The notes under the pieces: model-generated
The model's input: only the letters and a program-made list of their open reading frames with translations
Told to the model about the DNA's origin: nothing
The model's database searches: none
Shown here: positions 24,124-32,129 of the stretch, piece after piece
How the letters are laid out: every line of letters begins with the position of its first letter
Numbering within the stretch: the stretch's first letter is position 1
Program-made: the position numbers and the translations under genes
IMG/VR virus record: IMGVR_UViG_3300033067_000354
Location: 1 to 39,507 of that record
Strand: one strand, 5' to 3'
Source: a virus
Taxonomy: Duplodnaviria > Caudoviricetes
Length of the DNA: 39,507 nucleotides

Positions 24124-24306
24124 ATGCCAGACCCGATACCTCGCCTGAGGGGCAGGTTCAGCAAATGGCCGACGAAGACCGTGACGGTAGTCAACCGCTC
24201 CGTCACGATGGCCATCGATGGACGCCTCCCCCGTATACCGATCACCATGCCCGCGCCGCCGTGGGACAACACAAGCAAGAAAGACGCCAGCCATGCCGAT
24301 GACTGA
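24124..24306 (+). CDS. Hypothetical protein
   Basis: 60 aa, chosen over alternative frames on composition (ITMPAPPWD). Confidence 0.45.
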   Translation: MPDPIPRLRGRFSKWPTKTVTVVNRSVTMAIDGRLPRIPITMPAPPWDNTSKKDASHADD

Positions 24307-24712
24307 AATCGAGATCACCAACATCCTGACCACCAAGACGGCCTTCGCCGTCACGTCAGGCCCACGGCGCGAGAGCGTGTTCATCCCCGGACGGGTGGCC
24401 GAACTGTGCAGCCTGTACGTCGGCCAGCGCGTGGAGGCGATGCTGGTGCCCAACACCACGCAGCCTGAGAAGACCCCGTGGCTGGCGCAGTACATCTCGC
24501 AGGACACGGTGCTGATCGGCATGCTGGAGCAGGACATCCGCGACGATCTGGCGCGCGGCCCTGCGACGGCGACACAGGTCGCCCGTAGCATCGGCCAGCC
24601 TGTGGATCTGGTCGCCCGCAAGATGCGCGCGATGTGCGTCGGCCTGAACGCGCTGGTGCGGGATGAGATCTTCGCCCTGTCCATGGAAGACCTACTGGCG
24701 GAAGAGGAGTGA
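24293..24712 (+). CDS. Hypothetical protein (OB-fold-like N-terminus plus C-terminal HTH-like segment)
   Basis: TAFAV...SVFIP...TPWLA followed by GPATATQVARSIG. Confidence 0.6.
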   Translation: MPMTEIEITNILTTKTAFAVTSGPRRESVFIPGRVAELCSLYVGQRVEAMLVPNTTQPEKTPWLAQYISQDTVLIGMLEQDIRDDLARGPATATQVARSIGQPVDLVARKMRAMCVGLNALVRDEIFALSMEDLLAEEE

Positions 24713-24716
24713 GACC

Positions 24717-24932
24717 ATGGCGTACTGGACCATCATGTGGATCACCATGCTGTCTGGCCCCTACGCGGGGCAGGGATCGTTCATGGTCTACCCGTCGCTG
24801 GAGGCGTGCGAGAACGCGCTGATGCCCGTCAGCGACACGCTGCCCTACGAGCACAACCTGATCTGCGAAGAGACGCCGACGCCGTCGTCGTCGCTGCGCC
24901 CGAAGCGTCGCCCGGAGGGGCTGGGGCTGTGA
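24717..24932 (+). CDS. Hypothetical protein with hydrophobic N-terminus
   Basis: 71 aa; GAGGAG RBS; YPSLEAC...C...SLRPKRRP. Confidence 0.65.
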   Translation: MAYWTIMWITMLSGPYAGQGSFMVYPSLEACENALMPVSDTLPYEHNLICEETPTPSSSLRPKRRPEGLGL

Positions 24933-25291
24933 CGGATGAGGTCGCCTGCACACGCCAGTGCCGGGGCGGGGATTACTGCAAGCGGGTGGTGCGGGGCGGC
25001 GTGACGTATCGCTGCCCCGCCGCCCTCGCCGCCGCGCTAGGGGTGACGCGCAGCGCCGTCTACCAGTCGCTGCACCGCTACGGTGACGCCGAGCATTGCG
25101 GGGTCCGCAAGGGCATCAAACCCGGCACCCAGCTTGGCAACCACCGCAAACCCATCAAGTTCGGGCCGCACCAGTGGCCCAGCATCACCGCGATGGCGCT
25201 GGATCTCGGCGTCAGCCGCCGCCTGCTGGGTTATCAACTGAAGACCGCGCCGCAGGCCGTGCTGGCGCTGGTGATGAGGATCAAGGGATGA
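24929..25291 (+). CDS. Tandem NUMOD1/HTH-like DNA-binding protein
   Basis: GTG at 24929; two repeats, GVTYRCPAALAAALGVT and GPHQWPSITAMALDLGVS. Confidence 0.6.
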   Translation: MTDEVACTRQCRGGDYCKRVVRGGVTYRCPAALAAALGVTRSAVYQSLHRYGDAEHCGVRKGIKPGTQLGNHRKPIKFGPHQWPSITAMALDLGVSRRLLGYQLKTAPQAVLALVMRIKG

Positions 25292-25572
25292 CCGACGAAG
25301 AACTGATCGCACGGCTGCGGGACTGGCCATATCAGGGCGAAACAATGGCAGGAGAAGCCGCCGACCGGATTGAGGCGCTGGTGAATGTTCGCCATGCGGA
25401 CGCATTGGAACTGCTTGCTGCCAATATCCGCGCCGAGAGGCTGGAGGCGGCGCTGCGGGAGATCGAGAGCATCTCAGTCCACAGCGGCGGTGAGGTCCAT
25501 GGCGTCACCGCTCTTCAATGGGAGTTGGCGTTTGCACATGCCCAAGACATTGCCAGCGCCGCGCTGAAATGA
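25288..25572 (+). CDS. Hypothetical phage protein (EAADRIEAL type)
   Basis: 94 aa; ATGA overlaps at both ends. Confidence 0.65.
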   Translation: MTDEELIARLRDWPYQGETMAGEAADRIEALVNVRHADALELLAANIRAERLEAALREIESISVHSGGEVHGVTALQWELAFAHAQDIASAALK

Positions 25573-25826
25573 GCAACGGCAGCGAACTGAAATCACCGGG
25601 CGCGATGGCGCTGCGGGCGGCGGGGTACAAGCCCTGCCCCCGCTGGTGGCTGACGCAGGAACAGATGGACCTTGTCGAGTACATGGCCAAGCAGAATGAA
25701 GACGCGGTCAACCAGATCAGGGCCGAGGCGGTCAGGCCCGGAGCAATGAAACCAGAGACAGGCAAACAGGTGTGGCATGAGAACGCGCGACCAACTGCGA
25801 CCAGTGCAGCGGCGACTGATCGATGA
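25569..25826 (+). CDS. Hypothetical protein
   Basis: 85 aa; LRAAGYKPCPRWW motif; ATGA overlap. Confidence 0.6.
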   Translation: MSNGSELKSPGAMALRAAGYKPCPRWWLTQEQMDLVEYMAKQNEDAVNQIRAEAVRPGAMKPETGKQVWHENARPTATSAAATDR

Positions 25827-27186
25827 GATGATCACCAGCGAGGGCGTCGGCATCGTCCTCGGCATGGGCGGCGGCAAGACGGCCTGCGCCCTGACGGCTA
25901 TCGCGGACCTCATTGCCGGGGCCGAGATCCGCGCCGCCATCGTCATCGCCCCAAAGCGGGTGGCGCTGTCCACATGGCCGCGCGAGGTGGAGGTCTGGGA
26001 GCATCTCGCCGATCTGGACGTCGGCATCCTCGGCGGCAACCGCGACCGCCGCGACCGCGTCCTGCGGGAGCGGCACGACGTCTATGTCTGCGGCATCGAC
26101 AACCTGCCGTGGCTGCTGGACGAACTGAAGGCCCTGCCGGATCACCCCGGCCTCGACCAGTTGGTCATCGATGAACTGTCGCGCTTCAAGAACCCACGCG
26201 GCAGCAGGGCCAAGGCCCTGAACCGCGCCAGCGCCCGTTTTGGGGCCATCTGGGGCCTGACAGGCACGCCGAGGCCCGGAGGGTGGGAAGACGTCTGGAT
26301 GCCCCTGCAGATCGTCTCCAAGGGCCGCGCATGGGGCATGTCGTTTGACCCGTGGCGTGAGCAGCATTTCATGGCCTTGGATTTCCACCGCCGCAAGTGG
26401 TCGGTGCGACCCGATGCCCTGCCTGCAATCCAGCGCGTCATCGACCAGTGGATGGTGACGATCCCCCGCGAGGACACCGTGGACGTGCCCTTCGTGTCTG
26501 GCCCGGACCACGACATCATCGTCGCCCTATCGCCCGCCGCGCTGGCCGACGCGGAGAGCATGGAGCGCGACCTGCTGCTGTCGCTGGGCCGTGAGGGCAC
26601 GACGCTGGCCGACATCGACCCGACCGACGACAGCCTGCTGGTGGCCCTGTCCGAGGGCGTGGCCAGCGGCAAGCTGTCCCAGATCATGCAGGGCTATGTC
26701 TATCAGGACGGGCAAGCGGTCCAGTTCTACGACGCGGGCAAGGCCGACGCGCTGGTGGACTTCGTGGCCGATCTGGACGGCGAACCGCTGATCATCTGCT
26801 ACTGGTTCGAGGAAGACCTGAAGCTGCTGAAGGAACTGTACCCTGACATGCCGCACCTTGGCGCTGGCGTCAGCGACAAGCGCGCCGACCAGACCATCGA
26901 AGACTGGAACGCGGGACGTCTATCGCTGCTGGCCCTGCACCCGGCCAGCGCGGGCCACGGCCTGAACCTGCAATTCGGCGGCGCACGGATGCTGTTCTAT
27001 GCGATGCCGTGGTCGCCCGAACTGTATGCCCAGACGGTCAAGCGGCTGGCCCGTCCGGGGCAGACCAAACCCGTCTTCGTCCACCGCCTGCTGGCGGATC
27101 ACCCCTACGAGCAACTGCGCCTGCGCCGGGTCGAGAGCAAGATCGATGCGGAGCAGGACTTCATCGCCAACCTGAGGAGGATCTGA
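25777..27186 (+). CDS. SNF2-family (SF2) helicase
   Basis: GMGGGKT, IDELSRFKN, GLTGTP, SAGHGLNLQ, RLARPGQ. Confidence 0.92.
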   Translation: MRTRDQLRPVQRRLIDEMITSEGVGIVLGMGGGKTACALTAIADLIAGAEIRAAIVIAPKRVALSTWPREVEVWEHLADLDVGILGGNRDRRDRVLRERHDVYVCGIDNLPWLLDELKALPDHPGLDQLVIDELSRFKNPRGSRAKALNRASARFGAIWGLTGTPRPGGWEDVWMPLQIVSKGRAWGMSFDPWREQHFMALDFHRRKWSVRPDALPAIQRVIDQWMVTIPREDTVDVPFVSGPDHDIIVALSPAALADAESMERDLLLSLGREGTTLADIDPTDDSLLVALSEGVASGKLSQIMQGYVYQDGQAVQFYDAGKADALVDFVADLDGEPLIICYWFEEDLKLLKELYPDMPHLGAGVSDKRADQTIEDWNAGRLSLLALHPASAGHGLNLQFGGARMLFYAMPWSPELYAQTVKRLARPGQTKPVFVHRLLADHPYEQLRLRRVESKIDAEQDFIANLRRI

Positions 27187-27695
27187 TGATCTTGAACGGC
27201 CAACTGCTGCTTGATGCGGCACCCCTGCGCGGGATGGTGCGCGAGAAACGACGCGAACACGGCGTCAGCTACGGGCTGACCGAGGCCGGGTACGACATCC
27301 GCATCAAGCAGGAGGTCATCTTCCGCCCGCACTTGGGTGGCTTTCAGGCCCTTGTCGATGGGCTGGCCGTTGACTTCAAGGGCGACCGGATCGGGGAACG
27401 CTTCGCCTTGGCGTCGGCCATCGAAGAGTTTCAGATGCCTGAGCATCTGGTGGGCGTCGTCCACGACAAATCGACGTGGGCGCGCAAGCGCCTGTCGGTC
27501 CTGAACACCGTGGTGGAGCCGGGGTGGAAGGGGTTCTTGACCCTCGAACTGGTCTACCACGGGCACGATCACCTTGTGATCCCGGCGGGCGCTGGCATCG
27601 CCCAGATCCTGTTCCATGAGTTGCACGCGCCTGCCACGTACACGGGCAAATACCAGCACCAAGAGGATCGCCCCGTGGAGGCCCGCCATGAGTGA
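27186..27695 (+). CDS. dcd: dCTP deaminase
   Basis: GYDIRI...HDKSTWAR...EPGWKGFLTLEL...IAQILF...YTGKYQ.Q; start at 27186 (TGATG). Confidence 0.85.
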   Translation: MILNGQLLLDAAPLRGMVREKRREHGVSYGLTEAGYDIRIKQEVIFRPHLGGFQALVDGLAVDFKGDRIGERFALASAIEEFQMPEHLVGVVHDKSTWARKRLSVLNTVVEPGWKGFLTLELVYHGHDHLVIPAGAGIAQILFHELHAPATYTGKYQHQEDRPVEARHE

Positions 27696-28014
27696 GGGAC
27701 GCAAGGATGACGGCGGCAAGCCCCGCCACGATTTGATCCCGCCCGAACTGAACGACGCCGTGGCGCGCGTTCTGGCCTTCGGCGCGGACAAGTACGGGCC
27801 GAGGAACTGGGAAAGGGGGATGGCATGGGGCAGGCCCTTTGCGGCCCTGATGCGCCACATGTGGGCGTGGTGGGGCAATGAGGCCCGCGACCCGGAGACG
27901 GGCATGTCGCACCTGTGGCACGCGGCCTGCTGCATCGCCTTCCTGATCGCCTTTGAGGCGCGGAGCATCGGCGAGGACGACCGGGCCAAACAAATTCCTG
28001 ATGAAGGTACTTGA
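27688..28014 (+). CDS. dATP/dGTP diphosphohydrolase domain protein (DUF5664)
   Basis: GRKDDGGKPR.DLIP...FGADKYG..NW..G...RH...DPETG.SHL.HAACC. Confidence 0.88.
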   Translation: MSEGRKDDGGKPRHDLIPPELNDAVARVLAFGADKYGPRNWERGMAWGRPFAALMRHMWAWWGNEARDPETGMSHLWHAACCIAFLIAFEARSIGEDDRAKQIPDEGT

Positions 28015-28088
28015 ACAGGTACTTCATTGCGCCTATGTACAGGGGGCGGGCGGCACAGTGTCGCCCGCACCAGACAGGACACAGGCAC
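28011..28088 (+). promoter_or_regulatory. Early promoter plus 5' hairpin plus ACAGG leader (copy 1)
   Basis: TTGAAC-N17-TATGTA; GCGGGCGGCAC-A-GTGTCGCCCGC; AGACAGGACACAGG. Confidence 0.7.
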
Positions 28089-28310
28089 ATGGCACTGCGC
28101 GCGATCAGCACCGAATGGAAATACGTTAAATCCTACGCCAGCGAGGCGAACCTGATGAAGCGGATCGAAGAGGACCGCGACATGTACCCGGAACACGATG
28201 ACCGCTTCATGGTCGTCCGCACGCCCGAAGGCCGCTGGACCGCCATCGTGATCCTCGACAAGGCGACGGGCGGCTACGTGGGCCGCTACGACGGCTTCAT
28301 GAAGGTCTGA
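28089..28310 (+). CDS. Small early protein
   Basis: 73 aa directly after promoter copy 1; KSYASEANL...RTPEGRWTAI. Confidence 0.7.
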   Translation: MALRAISTEWKYVKSYASEANLMKRIEEDRDMYPEHDDRFMVVRTPEGRWTAIVILDKATGGYVGRYDGFMKV

Positions 28311-28314
28311 CGCC

Positions 28315-28545
28315 ATGACCCAGTTTATCGCCCGCCGCAACTACAGAGGCAACCTCACCCTGAACGTCGGAGACGTGCGCTTCGGCACGATCTTCCTTCG
28401 GGGCGACGGAACCATCAGCGGCGCTGCCTTTGTGGATGACGACGTCGCCACTTGCTTCAGGGGCCTGCGGCAGATGCCTGCCGACACGGTCCCGCAGGCG
28501 CTGGCCCGCGCCCGCCGCGCCTATGAGTTGGCCAGCCATGACTGA
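28315..28545 (+). CDS. Hypothetical early protein
   Basis: 76 aa in a tightly packed operon. Confidence 0.6.
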   Translation: MTQFIARRNYRGNLTLNVGDVRFGTIFLRGDGTISGAAFVDDDVATCFRGLRQMPADTVPQALARARRAYELASHD

Positions 28546-28675
28546 CATCGACCGCATCCTGAACGAACTGGGCGTCATCGCGCGCCCAGCCCCCACCCCG
28601 CCCACCAACCGCCCCGCAGGCCAGCCCGCCGACTGGCGCGGCGTCTGGTATCGCGACGGCAACATTCCCCACTGA
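28538..28675 (+). CDS. Hypothetical early protein
   Basis: 45 aa MTDIDRILNELGVIARP...WYRDGNIPH. Confidence 0.6.
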   Translation: MTDIDRILNELGVIARPAPTPPTNRPAGQPADWRGVWYRDGNIPH

Positions 28676-28690
28676 CCCGGAGACTGACCC

Positions 28691-28984
28691 ATGACCGCGC
28701 CCATGCCGTCGCTGCACTTCTACGCCAACGACATCGATGACCTGATCCGGGCCGTGGAGGAACGCGGCGTTCACCCGACCGAGACGGACGTCATCGTCCG
28801 GGCGATGAAAGATCTGCTGGCCGAGGCCGCGACGGCCCAGCGCGAGGCGCGCGAGGCGCAGACCTATCGCGCCAACGGCGAGGCCGAGGAACTGGCCGAT
28901 CTGCGCGTCGATCTGGCCCGCGCCAAGGACCGGATCGCCGATCTGGAAATCCGCCTGCACGACGCACGCAGAAAAGTTCGTTGA
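28691..28984 (+). CDS. Coiled-coil hypothetical protein
   Basis: 97 aa; GGAG RBS; heptad-rich C-terminus. Confidence 0.65.
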   Translation: MTAPMPSLHFYANDIDDLIRAVEERGVHPTETDVIVRAMKDLLAEAATAQREAREAQTYRANGEAEELADLRVDLARAKDRIADLEIRLHDARRKVR

Positions 28985-28990
28985 GGGTAC

Positions 28991-29074
28991 TTGACCCAAG
29001 TCTGACGAACACCTAAGTACATGAGGCGGGCGACACGGTGTCGCCCGCGCCAGACAGGAAACAGGAAACACGCC
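28991..29074 (+). promoter_or_regulatory. Early promoter plus 5' hairpin plus ACAGG leader (copy 2)
   Basis: TTGACC-N17-TAAGTA; GCGGGCGACAC-G-GTGTCGCCCGC; AGACAGGAAACAGGA. Confidence 0.7.
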
Positions 29075-29962
29075 ATGACCATGATGAACCTCGGCCCCCG
29101 CTTCGGCTTCACCCGCAACACCGCCCTGACGGAAGCCGAACTGCGCCACGCCGCGCCGTCGCTGTTCGCCACTGAGGCCCACCACAGCCGCTCGGATCGC
29201 TTCGCCCCCGTGCCGACCATCGATATCGTGCGCGGCCTCCAGCGCGAAGGTTTCGAGGTCTTTTCGGCCTCGCAGGCCAAGACCCGCGACGCCAGCAAGC
29301 GCGACTTCACCAAGCACATGGTGCGCCTGCGGAACCCGTCCTTCCGTCAGGCCGACAACGGCGACACCTTTGAGATCGTCCTGATCAACGGCAACGACGG
29401 GTCGTCCGCGTACCGCATGATGCCGGGGTTCTTCCGCATGGTCTGCTCCAACGGCCTGATCGTCGGCGAGACTGTCGGCGAGGTCCGCGTGCGCCACAGC
29501 GGCAGCGCCATGGATGACGTCATCGAAGGCGCGTACACCGTGCTGGCCGACGCCCCGAAGGTGCTGGATCGCGTGGACACCTTCCGCCGCACCTCGCTGA
29601 CCCGCGATGAGGCCATGGCCTTCGCCTCGGCGGCGCACACCCTGCGCTTCCCCAACGCCGCGCTGGACATCGAAGATGCCGACTTCTCCCCGGCCCCGGT
29701 CGATGCCAGCCGCCTGCTGTCGGCCCGCCGTCAGGCCGACGTGTCGGAACGGTCGAACCTGTGGGGCGTGTTCAACGTCGTGCAAGAGAATGTCGTGCGC
29801 GGTGGCCAGAAGGGCTGGGTGGAACGCCGCGACGGCAAGGGCCGCGTCAACGTGCGCCGCGCCTCGACCCGCGCCGTGGAGGGCATCGACGGCAACCGGG
29901 ATCTGAACCGCGCCCTGTGGACGCTGGCCGAAGAGATGGCCAAACTGAAAGGGGCCGCGTGA
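29075..29962 (+). CDS. DUF932 / UPF0380 (YafZ/YfjQ-like) protein
   Basis: H.SRS.R....PT...LQREGF...TKHM.RLR...N..DG.S.Y.M.PG.FR.VC.NGL...GIDG...LNRALW motifs. Confidence 0.88.
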   Translation: MTMMNLGPRFGFTRNTALTEAELRHAAPSLFATEAHHSRSDRFAPVPTIDIVRGLQREGFEVFSASQAKTRDASKRDFTKHMVRLRNPSFRQADNGDTFEIVLINGNDGSSAYRMMPGFFRMVCSNGLIVGETVGEVRVRHSGSAMDDVIEGAYTVLADAPKVLDRVDTFRRTSLTRDEAMAFASAAHTLRFPNAALDIEDADFSPAPVDASRLLSARRQADVSERSNLWGVFNVVQENVVRGGQKGWVERRDGKGRVNVRRASTRAVEGIDGNRDLNRALWTLAEEMAKLKGAA

Positions 29963-30045
29963 TGCGGCCCCGGATCTCGGACGCGCTGGGCGTCTTCGCT
30001 CTCTTCGGACTGTTAGTCCTGTTCCTAAACGTGACGCCGGGGTGA
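29962..30045 (+). CDS. 27-aa single-TM peptide
   Basis: MRPRISDALGVFALFGLLVLFLNVTPG; TGATG overlap. Confidence 0.5.
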   Translation: MRPRISDALGVFALFGLLVLFLNVTPG

Positions 30046-30060
30046 TCCCCCGGCGTTACG
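30030..30060. terminator. Hairpin at the convergence of early and late transcription
   Basis: CGTGACGCCGGGG-TGATC-CCCCGGCGTTACG overlaps both stop codons. Confidence 0.55.
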
Positions 30061-30295
30061 CCGTTTCGGCGGGCGGCGTCAGGCCCATCAGGGCCAGCGC
30101 ATCCAGCCCCGGCAGGCCGATCAGGATCGTGATCGCCGTGGGCGTCGCCAGCGTGTGCGGCGTCGCCTCGCAGCCATCGATGACGCCCGACGCGACGCGG
30201 TACTGGTTGCCCGCCGCGTCGGCCCAGATCGGGGCCGTCTCGGCGTTGATGGCGTCGTGCGTCAGGCTCACGGGGCAGGCGATGGTCACGGTCAT
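30056..30295 (-). CDS. Small protein after the fibre gene (possible chaperone)
   Basis: 79 aa; TGATG coupling; ends GLDALALMGLTP. Confidence 0.55.
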   Translation of the reverse strand: MTVTIACPVSLTHDAINAETAPIWADAAGNQYRVASGVIDGCEATPHTLATPTAITILIGLPGLDALALMGLTPPAETA

Positions 30296-31563
30296 CAGTA
30301 GGCTCCCGTCTTGGTGTTCAGCCAGTTTTCGGTGGCGGTGATCGTGTCCGCGCTCATGTTCGGCCCGAAGCGGACCACAAGGCCGTACAGTTGGCCGTTG
30401 AACGGCAGCGTCGCCCCGGCGCGACGCCCGATGTAGAGCGGATAGGCGAGGAAACCACCTGTCCCCAGCGTTTGGGCACCCGTCAGTTCCACGGTGTTTG
30501 TGCGGAGAGTGAGGCTGGGGGCGGCGATGTCTGCGAGGCCCGTCACGACCGCCGTGTGCGGCGCTGGGGCTGCGAGAGAGGTGCGTGTGACCAGTGTGCC
30601 CGACCCCCGTGCCGCCACCTGATACGCTTGCGTCGCGCCGCTTGCAGGCGCAAGCAGCCAGAACGTGCCCGTGTTGGACGCGGCGGTGGCGCTGCTTTCC
30701 ACCAAGACAGCGGCGGTCACCGTATCGACCAATTTTCTGATGCCCGCAAACGCCTGCACCTTGTCGGTCCCCGGCGTGATGGTGCCCGTGACAAGGAAAT
30801 CATCGACGCCGTCAAACAACAGGTACGGTCGGCCCGTGCCGTCGATCTGGTAGATCGGGCGGGACGCCGCCGTGCCCTGAAACGCGTGCACCCCGGCGAT
30901 CTCTTTGACGGAGATCGATCGGATGGTGCCCGCGAAGGCCGCGTCGTTCAGGAAGCCGATCTGGGTCGCGCCTGTCGGGGCGATCAGGTACTGGACGCTG
31001 AAACCGGAGGCGACGGCCACGCCCGCCACAATGGCCTGCGAGAGGTTGTTCATGAACCACGGCGTGATGACACCCGCCGTGAGGGTGGACTGGATCACGA
31101 TGCGGTAGAGGCGACCCTCCGTCACGCTGATCGCCTGCCGGATGTTGGTGGCGGTGCCTGCGGTCTTCACCGCCTGCCCGCCGCCGACCGTCCAGCCCGA
31201 CCCGAAGGTCCAGTTGGCGCTGCTGGCGAACTGGCCATCCGTGATCAGTTCCGTGCCCGCAGCCGCGCCGCGTGACTTGTCCAGCATCAGGCCGACAGGC
31301 TGGCCTGCCGCCGTGACAGGTGTCGTCCCCGCGCTGTCTTGGAACAGCGTGGTCAGGTCTGAAGGATCGTACCAGACACCCGGCTCTGCGAGGGCGAACA
31401 GGCCCGGAACCGGGCTTCCCCACGGCTGCGAGTTGATCCACGCGTCGATCTTCTGGATGCCGCTGTCATAGATCGTCTGCGCGCTGAAATCTGTCTTCGG
31501 CAGCGAAATATTGTTGCGCGGCTCATGCCAGCGATGCGTCGGCGTGTTCAACTCGTCGGCCAT
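30295..31563 (-). CDS. Head/tail fibre or spike with ConA/LamG-like and carbohydrate-binding-like domains
   Basis: Start at 31563; WYDPSDLTTLFQDSAGTTPVT..GQPVGLMLDKS; ELITDGQF..W..GSGW insert; LLFDGVDDFL...LYIGRR...FNGQLYG. Confidence 0.7.
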   Translation of the reverse strand: MADELNTPTHRWHEPRNNISLPKTDFSAQTIYDSGIQKIDAWINSQPWGSPVPGLFALAEPGVWYDPSDLTTLFQDSAGTTPVTAAGQPVGLMLDKSRGAAAGTELITDGQFASSANWTFGSGWTVGGGQAVKTAGTATNIRQAISVTEGRLYRIVIQSTLTAGVITPWFMNNLSQAIVAGVAVASGFSVQYLIAPTGATQIGFLNDAAFAGTIRSISVKEIAGVHAFQGTAASRPIYQIDGTGRPYLLFDGVDDFLVTGTITPGTDKVQAFAGIRKLVDTVTAAVLVESSATAASNTGTFWLLAPASGATQAYQVAARGSGTLVTRTSLAAPAPHTAVVTGLADIAAPSLTLRTNTVELTGAQTLGTGGFLAYPLYIGRRAGATLPFNGQLYGLVVRFGPNMSADTITATENWLNTKTGAY

Positions 31564-31564
31564 G

Positions 31565-31870
31565 TCAGAACCCCTTGACGCGCAGGCGGGCGAAATCGCC
31601 GTCTGCCAGTTTCTTTCTGACGTGGGCAGCAAAGCCCTGCGTCCCGACAGCTTCGCCGCACTCTGCGGCCCACTGCTCGGCCACCACCAGCGGGATGCGC
31701 CCAACAAGGCGGAACGCCGCGTCGCCGTGCATGGACGGGGCGATGTCGGCCAGCGCCTTGTTGTCGTCCAGCAGGCTCTCGACGTTCTGGCTGCGGCTGA
31801 CGATCAGCTTGCCGTCCTGTTCGATCATCCGCTCGTTGACGTCGTAATGTTTGAACGGGTCGGCGTTCAC
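31565..31870 (-). CDS. Conserved head-region hypothetical protein
   Basis: 101 aa; SQNVESLLD..K...VGRIP.VV.EQW motif. Confidence 0.7.
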   Translation of the reverse strand: MNADPFKHYDVNERMIEQDGKLIVSRSQNVESLLDDNKALADIAPSMHGDAAFRLVGRIPLVVAEQWAAECGEAVGTQGFAAHVRKKLADGDFARLRVKGF

Positions 31871-32067
31871 GACGCGGCCTCCTCATCCTCGGCGGTGCGG
31901 CGGCGGCGGGCGGCGGTCTTTGCGGTGGTGGCGCTGATGATCTCAGCGAAGCCATTGGCCACCAGAACGGCGGCGTCTTCGTCGGAAACCTCGACTTCCG
32001 CACCGAGCGGCTGCGGATGGCCCGCAGCCCACGGCTGGCGGGCGCTGGTGATCTTGATCGTTGGCAT
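31867..32067 (-). CDS. Small protein after the major capsid gene
   Basis: 66 aa; GAEVEVSDEDAAVLVANGFAE; GAGGGG RBS. Confidence 0.7.
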   Translation of the reverse strand: MPTIKITSARQPWAAGHPQPLGAEVEVSDEDAAVLVANGFAEIISATTAKTAARRRRTAEDEEAAS

Positions 32068-32091
32068 GGGTGCTTCCCCTCAGGCAGTGAA

Positions 32092-32115
32092 GAGACGGCC
32101 CCGTGGGGCCGTCTC
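32092..32115 (-). terminator. Hairpin after the major capsid gene
   Basis: GAGACGGCCC-N4-GGGCCGTCTC, 10-bp stem, short U run on the minus strand. Confidence 0.6.
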
Positions 32116-32129
32116 AGGTCAGTTTAGGC

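Noticed and set aside
28640-28675. C-terminal GNIPH as an SSB-tail (DDIPF) mimic
   Set aside because: It lacks the acidic residues and the terminal Phe; too weak to support.
28457-29785. 442-aa minus-strand ORF
   Set aside because: Antisense shadow of DUF932 and the early genes.
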